DNA of 60,280 bases, the filler included, from Jimgerdemannia flammicorona (taxonomy: Eukaryota), in NCBI GenBank assembly GCA_003990765.1. It is 2 parts of 2 records of this genome, joined end to end, with 100 filler letters (N's around TTAATTAATTAA, not from the genome) between each part and the next. Parts side by side here need not be neighbours in the genome. Positions count along the whole stretch, not along the records: positions 1 to 30,106 come from RBNJ01000454.1; 1 more part is not named here. One strand, given 5' to 3'. The stretch's first letter is position 1; each line of letters opens with the position of its first letter. Made by a program: the position numbers and the translations under genes. Shown here one piece after another: positions 12,975 through 24,424 of the stretch. Below the pieces are notes generated by a model. The model searched no databases. It saw nothing but the letters and a program-made list of their open reading frames with translations, and was not told the DNA's origin.

Positions 12975-14600
12975 TATAAGAGTGATCTCAGAATAGTAAC
13001 ATCATCACAGAAGATAGTCTTTCATTATAAGCCACCAGATTAGAGTATAAGAAGATTATATGGTATGACTCACCCAGGTTACAAGATGGGCAATGATGAC
13101 CAACCATAAGTCATCATGACCACATGATAGATATCTCAAGGAATATAAAAGAAGGGCTAAGGAACTGCAGCAGTAGTAACTCAAACAAGACTCACAAAAT
13201 TCCAAAATAGTTCAAAGACTCACTATAAACAAATGTCTGCCATCTGCCAAACCTCAAGGTCAAGGAACTACAAAGGCTTCTTAGTTCAAGAAAGGATGTT
13301 CCAAGACATCAGAAGAGCCATGAGAACCCATACCAGAAGGACTCCTAGCCTCAATCTGAGTATTGGCAACCTTTATTACTTTATCCTCAACTGCTGTGAA
13401 ATAGAAACAAGGATCACTATCACTACTGAATGCCTCTGGATGTGACAGAAATACGAAATAGAAAACCTTCTCTGCTGGGAATTCCCTCAGATTAGATAAA
13501 GACATAAATCCTATAGATATATATAAATTGAGAGTAGTCAAAAAGATCCATCAGATTTTTAGGCATACACCTTAGTTGAACTATAACTTAGAGTATACCA
13601 TGGTCTCAGACTTCAAGGAATTGTCAGCTCACTATATAGATACACTAGAGGCTATGGTGGTCACAGAGTACAATCTACCATCACTCTCAAAAGAGATAAG
13701 ATGGGAGAGTTCTGGAATCTCATCTTAAAGAACAATCCTGATCAATTCTTGCAAGAATTAATCTCAATATTCTAAGACCCCAGTATCCAGGTTAGGCCTC
13801 CTCAAGATCCTACCTTTGTCTCTTACTTTATAGAGAAGAACCTCATAGATTGGAGAGCCCCTGATCTCCTTACTCCTGCTGCTTCTGAATTTGATAACAT
13901 CATCAGTGATGATGTTTCTAGTGATGACATCATCCCACTAATTGACAATATTCATGAAATATGCAATATATGAAAAATACAACAAATGGATGAAACATTT
14001 GCTAACCATATTTCCTTTAAAGATATCATGTCTCTGACCTCTAGTCTTAGTAGTGATGAAGATAAAGTCTTCAGGATTCTGAATATTCTACTCTGAATTC
14101 TTTGCATAACTGTTGAAATTCTTCTACCATTCTGATCTTATATAACTCAGAAATTATTCCAGAATTCAGATCTTGTACAACCAATTGTATAGACACTTAA
14201 ATTTGTACTTACAATCAAATTTTTCTGTATTGAAGTACCTCATATATTTAGTTATTAGAATTTATATTTAGTTTTATAATTTAACAACTATTGAATTATA
14301 TTTTGTATAAATACCCCTCTCATTTCTTTTGAAATAAAGTCAATAGCAAAGTGGCTAAGTATTTAAATACTCAAGTCTCCAACTATTCAAGAAGTATAGA
14401 AGTTCTAGTTCTCTACTAAATTCCAAGCAAGAAAATCCAGAAAACAATGGAACAGTTTAAAGATAAGAAGTTTAAGGACTATAAGACCTTAGAAAGGCAC
14501 TCTAATAGAACTTGCTTATAAGAAACTTATAGTTGGTCTAAGAGATACACCTTGAAGAGAATTGGATATATTTGGAGAACTTAGTGCCTACTATATGACA
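12975..14600 (+). repeat. 3' LTR of gypsy family A
   Basis: Direct repeat of the 5' LTR, with TATA-like TATAAAA at ~13144 and AATAAA at ~14333. Confidence 0.9.
13233..14096 (+). pseudogene. LTR-encoded ORF (3' LTR copy), ~290 codons, decayed
   Basis: Reads MSAICQTSRSRNYKGFLVQERMFQDIRRAM...LNLSIGNLYYFI...TTECLWM*QKYEIE...GEFWNLIL...IDWRAPDLL...ILNILL*. The stop is at the same position in all three family-A LTRs. Confidence 0.72.
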
Positions 14601-15812
14601 TTATCTAGCTTTGGAGCAAATATAGATCATGAGAGGGTTCTGAGTGTATGAAGAAGGTGAATGTCTCTATACCCCATATTGAAAGTATAAGAAATTGTAT
14701 AACTGAGTGATCTTAAGAGTATCTGAGATATCAGATAGTAGATTGGAAAGAGAGATATAGTGAGTAGGCTAGTAGGTGAGAGATACTGATGATGGCTAAC
14801 CAATGATCATTTTGAAGGTCCAGCAGATGACCTCTGAGTTACCAATATCAAGACTTATAAAGAGAATATATATTGAAGGTTAAGATATATACAAGATATG
14901 TATAGTTATTTAAGAAGAGCTTAAAGTCAGAAGTATACTCCAAATGTTAAAGATAGCTTTGAGTCAGAGAGATAGGTCAAGGTTGTAATTGAGAAGATGT
15001 ATTTTTAGTTTCTTTCAACTATCAGGATATGAAATAAGAGTCAAACTAGCTCATTCAGCTAAAATTTGATACTCACTTATCTCCAGTAATATCAGAAGAT
15101 CAGGAGGTACCCAGTTTTATTATAATATAATATAAGAAATAAATAAAAGAGTAGATACACTACTGGGAAGAGTTAGCTAATATAGTAGTAAGGAAATTAT
15201 AAGATGCAGTGACTCTGTTAGTAGTGGGGTAATAGGTAGTAGGGCTGACAATAGTTGGAAGGTAATAGAGATACTACTAGAATGAGTTTAGCTAGGGTAG
15301 AAGATACTGGACTAGATATAGCTAAGCTCAGTATCACTAACTGTATAGCTAGTATTGAGTGAAAACACTCAATGAGAGTATCCTGTCTTTCTGATAGAGA
15401 GACCAGATCTAGGTAGTTGGTGTCAAGATATATAATTTGGCTCACTTTTAGGATATCTATAGGTAAGTCATAATTGCAGTAAAGGGCAGTCAATTGGTCT
15501 TTATAGAGGATATATAGATTTAGTAGATCAGAAATTAAAAAAGGCTTAGATAGAGATGTTTGAGAGTATTCAAGCATAAGAACTACTAAAGGAGCTCAGT
15601 GTGACTAATAGATAAAGAGTATAATATTATATATATCTAAGAATTATAATTGCTACAGCTTAACTGAAAAAGTACTCAACTTGGATATAGATAAATCTAG
15701 TAGGGCAAGTAATATATATATAACTATATAATACTACTCTGAGATAGATACTAAACTAAAAGATGAATACTAAAACTAGTACTAGTATTTAAATTGCAAT
15801 AGGGTAAAACAG

Positions 15813-18800
15813 GATTAAGGAATACTTAAGAGAGTAGAGAGAAGAAGAGTATGAGCTATTTATTGTTAGCTTATGCACTTTTATACATATTGATAATATT
15901 TATAATAATAACATAGTCAAACTGCACCACTACATATTGAGTTGCTATAACTAAGATATTTCAATACTCTTGCTCAATAAGATATACTCAGAATATATAA
16001 ATAAAACTAAAATATAGTCAAACTAAGATATAACTAACTAGGTGCTATCTAGATAACTAAAAAAGATTGAAATTCTCTACTTATAAGTATGAAAATAGGT
16101 AAACAGAGTCATAAAAGATGTAAATCCAGAATAAAACTAGTAATATTAATAAGAGAGATATATATATATAAGATGTAGTAGAATACTTATAGTACTCTGA
16201 AAACTTCTTATTATTATTATTGCTATTGCTTACTATTTATTAATATATAGTTTGTATTGATTGACATAGAATTGCCCATTAGTATAAAGTTACCTATAAG
16301 TTCTATTTCTTTTATATATAAATCAAACTTGATCTTTAGAAGGGCTTTAGTTAACAAATCTGTTATCATATACTCTATTGGAGTATTTCTAGTTATATAG
16401 TACTTTTTTCAGATATTCCTATATAAAATAATACTATATATTGATGTGTTTCATCTTAGTATGATATATAGAGTTCATTGCCATAATAATTATTATGTTA
16501 GAGTAGCATAAAGTGTCATTCTTGAGAAAATTTCAACTTCTTTAATAATTCCTGAAGCTATATAGCTTCTTTTATTACTATAGATAATATATAATATTTC
16601 ACTTATATATATAGATAATATTGTTACCAGAGATTACTTATATGTTTGCTCTAAAATAACTCTGATTGTGCAGATTTTAAGAGGTATCTAGTTGTAGAGT
16701 ATTAATTGTTAAGATCTTTAGCCTAGTTTATATCATATATACTAAATAACTATATCATACTACTTCTCTTATTATTACCATCTCCTAAGTTGAGCATATA
16801 ATGTGCTATATCTTTAATATATCTGAAAATATACTTGATTGATATCTAATACAAATTGTCATAGTAGAATGAGTCCTGTGCCACTTTTTTAACTATATAT
16901 AATATATCAGGTCTTATCTCAAGCATAATATATATAAGAGATTTCACAGCTGACCAATAGGAGATTTTATTGAATTCCTTAAATATATCATTACTGAACT
17001 TCTTTAATCTTATAGATGTCTCTATAGAAGTTCTAACAGATTTGAATTCACTTATATTAAATTATTCAAGTATAGTTCAAATATATATATCTAACTTGTA
17101 ATAGATGTATAGCATATTTGTATCTATTATATGTAATTGATATTCCAAGAAGATAAGATATATTACTCATATCTATCATCTTGAATTCCTAGTATAGTAT
17201 CACCTTTATATTATTAATCTTGTTTATCATTCTGACCAAAATGATATCATCAATTCAAATTCCTAGATATATCATTTCTGAGAATATATATTAAGTATAT
17301 ATATATATATATAAATCAGCCTTGTAATGTTTAAATCTATAACCTAAGAATTTTTTCAGTTCCACAGTTTTCTCACTTATTTGATACTATAGAGATCTTT
17401 ATATAATTTGCATATAAGCTCATTTTGCTCATTGTTTTATAGTTTATATCCTTGCAATTAATGCACATATAGCTTTATATCTATATCATTATTTAAAAAG
17501 GTTGTCTTAATATCTATTTAGTGAATTTCATAGTCATATTTGACTCTGATCATAAGAAGTATTCTAAGCAAAGTAAGCTTGAATATTGAGGAAAAGGTCT
17601 TATCATAGTCTATACCATATCCTTATAAATATCTCTTTACTATAAATCAAGCCTTATACTATACTATATTATTATTACTATTATATTTGATTTTATATAC
17701 TCAGTAATATCCTAATATTTTATTTTTATTTTTTTTTTTATAGTTACTTGGACTTTGCTATTTATTACCAATCTATTTCATAAATTACATTATCCTCTCC
17801 TACTACCCAATACCCCTAGAGAGCCCCCCCCCTTATACTCTTATACTTGAAAACCATCTTGTCCCCCACTACTCCAACTTTTCCCTCACTCTGCCTACAG
17901 ATTTTCTCTACCAAATAGGACTGCCCATCACCCTGCAGACCCCATCTCAGCCACTAGCTTATTAAGTTGTCCTCCATCAACCCTTCTTACCTTGCAAACT
18001 ACTTTCTCAAACTTAAATACTTTTCTTTCTCAAAAACAAATAGCCAGTGACCTGCTAGTCCTACCTATACCACTAATACCCAACTCAAAGGCAGCTACTT
18101 CTTCCCCACCTCCCTCAGATCCTCCCATTGACCCTGCTCACCATCTCCCCTATGTATAGCATCTAATCTATTCCCAACTGCTAACCAGAATTCACCAAGT
18201 TTCTCACACTCCCACAGCCAATGTTCTGGTATCTGTACAAACCCCCCTTCCTGTCTCACATTATAACACTCCTCACAGTCAAAGTTCTCTCCCTCTACAA
18301 GATAGCCTGAGTGAAAGTTGAGCATAACATTCCTCTACAGAATGTATCACTAAACTACCTAGTACTTGGATGGCAACTACTATCTTATCTCTACACTCTA
18401 TACCCAGACTCCATTCTGGTCTCACTCTTCTCCAATTCCCACCATCTGCTAGCTGCTAGGCCAAACATCCTTTCCCATCCGCCTCTGGCACTCTACTCCA
18501 TCACTAATATCAAAGTCCAAAAGAAGGGTGCCCCTCAGTAATACTTAATCCCATCTCCACATTGCTGGGCCCCAAGGCACCTCTCCTTCATCCCTCTGTC
18601 AGTGAATTCTAATACAGTGAGCCACATTCACGACTCCCCACCAGAAACCCCACTAAGGACAATAGATCCCTGGTAGTTCCTCTCAGTGAGCACCTCATCT
18701 CCTAGACCTTCTTTATTAGTGGAACCCAGCTACCACTCTTTAATTCTACAGCTCTCTTCAACCACTATGCTCTTAGACAATACAATCTCTTTGGAAAGTC

Positions 18801-21800
18801 AACCAGCTCAAGACCTCCTCTAGCCACTGGCAATAATAAGATTTCCCAGCTAATCTGACTTCTCTATCTAGCCCAGATCTAATCTTTGGCTAGCTTCAAG
18901 AGCCTCTTCACTACTCAGGCCAGAAAGTTCAGATAGTATACCAAATACCACAACTTTGATAATCAGTAGATATTCAAAATCATAATGTGCCCTGTCAAAG
19001 AGAGGTGGCAGCCTCTCCAACCTCACAGGACCTCTCCTCAGATGGCTACTCACTGCTCCCACCAAGGTCATAGTAGGACAGATCTATATATAGAGAGGTA
19101 GATACCTAAGTATCTCACAGCTTCTCCAACAGAGACAATTATTCCAATGACATCCCCTCTTATCAGACAGTTACCTAATTCTATTATTTTGTACTTATGC
19201 CAGTTAAGTTTAGCCCCAGAGTGTATCTCATACCACTCTACCATTTCTTGGAGTTTCTCAACATCAGCAATTGACCCCAGACCAACTACCATATCATCTG
19301 CAAAGGCTCCAACCTTCTACACAATGCCAAATAGAGAGAGCCTTACAATTTTCCACCTAATTCTATTTAACAATAGCTCCCAGAACAGAGTATACAAGAT
19401 AGAGAACAGTAGGTTCCCCTGGGAAATGTCTCTTCCCAGAGAGAATGCCATCCCTGAATGCTTATTTCACATGAGTGCTGCTCTGCTCCCTTCCAGTAAA
19501 CTGATCATTGCCACTTGAAACTACTGAGGGATATCAATTCTATCTAGAACTTTTGCCAGTCAGACTCACTACACATGTTTATATACTTTCTTCTGATCCA
19601 AAAAGACCAATCTCCCATCCAGTCCACAGGCTCAAGCCCCTTCAATAACACTATATATCTAGGCCATGTATCTCTAATGCACCAGCCCCCTATAAAATCT
19701 CACTGCTCTTCATCTAAGACTTGTTGAGTCACCTTCTGCAGCCATATCACCACCACCTTAGTGATCAACTTTCTGTCCATGTCTAGTAGCATGATGGGCT
19801 GCCAGTTTCTCCAATCGTCCCTCCTTTTATCCTTAAATAGCAGAGCCACCAGTCCCAGATCCTGCTCTCCCACCCACCTCCCAGACTGTAATACTAAGTC
19901 ACAAAGTGCCATCAACTCCCCCATCACTCCAGGGACATCTAACATCTTCTTCCAAAAGGCTCAGTACAAACCATCCTCTTCTGGTGCCATATCCTGGTTA
20001 GTTATAACAAAAACCTGATGATTTCCTCCTCCTAAACTGGCCCCATCAAGCCCTTCAGCCCATTAGTCTATAGTGGGTGCCATTTCTCCAAATTGTATTA
20101 TATAGTGGCAGCATTGGCCCCACCCTTCTCCTCACTTCACAAATCACTCCACCTCTCCTGCAATGAGCCCAGAATGTCTTGTGAACCATGCACAAGTAGA
20201 CCACTAGAATCAAGAACCCCTTCCCAACACTGCTTCACTCTCCTTACCTGAAGAGTCCTTAAAAGGTACTGAGAGGGCCTCACCCCTTCCTCCAACCCCT
20301 GCCAGCATGTCATGCAGCCAAACCTCACACTCTTATCTCCTCCTCCTCCCTCAACACCTGTTGTAACTCTGCAACCTCCAGCCTTGCCTCCATCAACCTC
20401 CAGTCCTCCACCCTCTCCAGGGCCAAGAGCCCAGCCCAATCTTCCAAAAGCCTAGCTAATCTAGCAGAAGCCCAAGTCACCCTCCTTCTCCTCTGCATTC
20501 CTATTGTCTTATTAGCTTCATTCCAATAAATTTGAGTTGCCTCCTTCAACCTCACCCACCAGACACCAACCACAGCCCTCTCCTGTATCCAGCCCTCTAT
20601 TCTCTGCTGAATATCCTCCACCCACTTGTCCCACAAACTCTTCTCAGCCAACAAAGAGGAATTGAGGTACTAATGTCTAGGCCCATCCCCACTCCCCCCA
20701 AAATGTCTCTGCCCCAACAGTCTCCAGTGATCAGACCATTAGCCCAGTGCATATATATCCTCCAATTACCCTAGAACTCCCTGCCAGCATCCACCAGAGC
20801 ACTCAACCTCTCCACTTCCTCTCACATCTCCAACCCCCCACTCCTGCCCTCAGTTCCCTGCCCTCTATCAGTCCTATCCACTAATGCCTCCCTGATCATA
20901 TTAAAGTTCTCTCTAAGAATATCCACTTCAGCCTCTGCAAGGGTCTCACTCTCCAGGAGCCCCTTCACCCAATTCACTCTCTCACTATGTATAGCAGAGC
21001 AGTAGCAAGACCCCGCTATAACTGGTTCCCAATCTGATCAAATCCACTCTCCCCAGACTAGTCTGTCTCTCCAGCTTCTCATATCTTGTATCTCTCCTCT
21101 GTCTCTCCATACCAGAATCCCAACCTTACTCTTTCAAACTGCTATACCCCCCCATTCTATTGTCTATTTCAGTCTATCTATATTATCTTCACATCTAACA
21201 TCCTGCAGAAGAAAGAGCAGCCTCCAAGCTCTTCAACTAAGTAAAAATATTCTGATACCTAATCAAACTTTGCAGCCGATTCACATTTAAAGAAAAAGTA
21301 TTCATTATACTAGCCATAAGAAATAATATTAAGAGTCATATGTATCTGCTCTCTACAACTCCACATTCATTCTTTCCTAAGCTAAGTCTAAGTCATATTC
21401 CCCAGCCACCACCTCCTCTTCAACTCTCCTTACCTCAAATCCAACCAGAAGTTCATTTAGTTCCCCATCCTCTTTTTTCTCAAAATCCTCATAATACTCT
21501 AGGCAGGTCTCCTTTTCTTATCTTTTGGAGAGATATCCTTATTGTCATCCTCATTTATAATTTCTGTAATTCTTACCTCTGATAGCCTCATTGGCATAAG
21601 TATGAGTTATACTAGTACTGGTGTATACACCATTCTGGGTCTCTTTGAAATTAGTATAGATATCATTAGTGGTACCATTAGGTTAGATATAGAGATAGAA
21701 ATTTCTGTACAAATTTTCTACTTTGTCTCCTTGAATTAAATATTATAAGAGATGACTATATAATGTTTCTGTGGATTCTATAATCTATATACTGCTCAGT

Positions 21801-24424
21801 TATATCCAAGAAATATATATTTATCTGTCTTAGACTCAAATTTACCTTTATTGCTACCTTTATTTAGAATGTAAGCCTTACTTCTAAATATCAATAAGTA
21901 CAAGATATCAGGCTTAGATCTACTCTATAATTCCTCAGAAGTAAGATTATTATCATTTCTAGATTATTAATCTTTCTTAGATTATTGATTATTTCTGAAT
22001 TAATAAATACTAGATCTACTAGATCTACTAGAATTCTTGCTTAGAGCTCAAAAAATATTACAATTTCAGATATATACTGCTATATTATCTGCTTCAGCCC
22101 AGATAGAGTACAGTAAGTCAGTCATATTTATCATTATTCAAGCTATCTCTACTATTATTCAATTAAGGCATTCTGCTATACTGTTCTGTTCAGATATATA
22201 GAGTTATTATAGAGTGTTGGATATTATACTTCTTTAAGAAGTATCTAAAGACTTTGTTGATATATTTCTTTTTATTATCTGAGTATAGAGTCTATATCTT
22301 ATATTTCATTTTATTCTCTACAGTTGCCTTAAATTCTTGACATTTTTTGAATATCTCATTCTTTGCTATAAGAAAGTATATATAGACTTTGCAAGTATAA
22401 TTATTAATAAAAGTAATAAAATACTTCTTTCTGGAGTATGTTACTATTTATATAAGCTACAGATATCCATATATATCATGTCAAGAATACTGGCTGTTCA
22501 CTTTGTCTATTTCTGAAAAGATTGCCAGGAAGTCTTATTTACTATATATTTATTATAAAAGAAATTTAGAGATATATAGTTTAGTAATCCTCTCACTAAA
22601 CTACTTCTTATTATCTGCTACAAGCTTATCTTACTAATGTGTCATAAGCATTCATATCATATACTAGAGATTCTCTCTAGTTATAGCAGAATATATAGAT
22701 AATATATCACTTAGTATATTATCAATTATATATAGGTTTCTCTTTTTCAATATATATTTTAGCTTCTTATTATTCTTTAGATTAATTACTATTATACTAT
22801 TCATTTATATATTTACTTCTTTATCTCCTCAAGCCATTATTTAGCCTATTAAGAAAAAGTTCTTATCTATATCTAGAGTATACAGTATATCCATAAAGGT
22901 GTCTGAGAGTTTGTCAACTTTTCTATATAAATATATACTGATATTGCTCTTGTCTTGAGTATAGATAATATTATTGTCACCTAATTTAATAAGTATAGAG
23001 TGCTTGAACTTCTTATATATAGAGAATTACTTATAGTATATAGTAATATATTATATTGCACTGGAATTCATAAGTCAGATTTTTTTACTATATATATAAG
23101 CACTTGACATATAGCTTATATTAATACTAATACTTATATCAATATTTTTTATTAGAGTTAAAATTTTTTCTAAATTTACACCTATATCTTCCTTTGTATA
23201 TAAGTAGATTGCTATTTATATAAAGAACAGACTGCTATCACCTTTACTGCTTTTATTATTGTTATTGATATCTATGATATTTGTTTGTTTACATTACTAT
23301 TGGTCATCTTTTTCTTTCTTCTTATGATTGAAGTCTTGCTTGTAATATTTATACTTATTATGATAAAAGTATTTACTATTAAATTTGGCTCATTGACTAT
23401 CATACTGACTGTTATACTGCTGGTTTTGCCCTTGTCCTTTGTTTGGCTTATCTTTGCCTCATCTATATACTCTGTAGAATGCTTTCTCATCATCATTGTT
23501 ATTATTGCCACTCAGTCTTGATTTCTCATTTAAGAGGCTCATGATGATATACTTATAGTTCAATAGTTTGCCAGATTCACTCATAGCAGTAACAACTACA
23601 TTATATATCTCAGAAAGATCATATATAAGAGACAGAATCTTATCTTCATTCTTAATGAGGTCTATTAGTATAGATATAACAGAATTAACTTGATTTGTCA
23701 GATTGTCAATATAGTTGGCATAGTTCCAGATGCTCTTCTTAGACTTCATTCAAAGGTTGAACAGTTGTACTTTCAGATGGAATCTGATTGATGTGGATGC
23801 CTACAAATGATTGTATAAGATTTCTCAGACTTTATTCACTATCATAGTATTGATAATAAGTTTCATTTATATATCAAAGGGGTGAATATAATCTCTCTTA
23901 GTGCTTTATGATCTCTCATAGTATTGTATTCTATTATTTGCCCCTGTGGCTTTCAGTAATCCTCCAGACCACATTCTTCTAAGAGATTTTTCATATAGTA
24001 TATCTATATAACATAGTTCTTACTATCAAAGACAGAAATTGTCCTCTTTACCATTATTGGTACTACTGCCAGAATGATCATTGTCATGACTATTATATTA
24101 GGTGTGCTTATACTGCCAGTACCTGTTCTGGATCCTGTTCCACTTGTACTACTTGGCAGGCTCATGTTTGACATACCTTGTAAGTGTGATATCTTTATAT
24201 AGTATAGTAGCATATATGTTATAGGGGTGTCTTTGTCTTTGTTATCTGCTTTCACTAGCAGGGCTCATAACCTTTTGTTGTGGAATACTTGGAAGAGTGG
24301 ACAGAAGAAGAGCATGAGCTGTTTATTAATTGCTTATGCACTTTTACATATTGATGAATTTTACAATGAGGATGTAGTCAGGCTGTGCCACACATATCGA
24401 GTTGCTATAACAGATATTTCAACA
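15813..24424 (-). mobile_element. Decayed Ty1/copia LTR retrotransposon interrupted by a LINE
   Basis: ~150-bp LTRs at ~15813-15966 and 24276-24424 (TGTTG...CAACA). Copia-type PBS GGTTATGAGCCC lies on the minus strand next to 24276 and a PPT next to 15966. Gag FDSKNYVI (~24010) and RNase H KHINI (from KHIDI, ~16440) are present. Confidence 0.88.
17718..21490 (-). mobile_element. Tx1/L1-like LINE, 5'-truncated, near-complete decayed ORF2 (APE-RT-zinc finger)
   Basis: Poly(A) at 17718-17739, ORF2 start MASIMNTFSLNVN at 21317, WRNWQPIMLL (~19800), GAFADDM (~19295) and C-terminal CEEC...EHWLWEC (~18200-18280). Confidence 0.9.

Larger units (their letters stand above)
6675..14600 (+). mobile_element. 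Full-length but decayed Ty3/gypsy LTR retrotransposon (family A)
   Basis: ~1.63-kb LTRs at 6675-8304 and 12975-14600, a 4-bp TSD TTAT (6671-6674/14601-14604) and a purine tract before the 3' LTR. Domain order is gag-PR-RT-RH-IN. Confidence 0.93.

Noticed and set aside
13281..13541. Antisense ORF recurring in all family-A LTRs (LREFPAE..FYF; also 3730-3927, 7059-7265, 59998-60273)
   Set aside because: Best explained as the shadow of the sense-strand LTR ORF, which has the start codon, promoter context and cross-family motif conservation.
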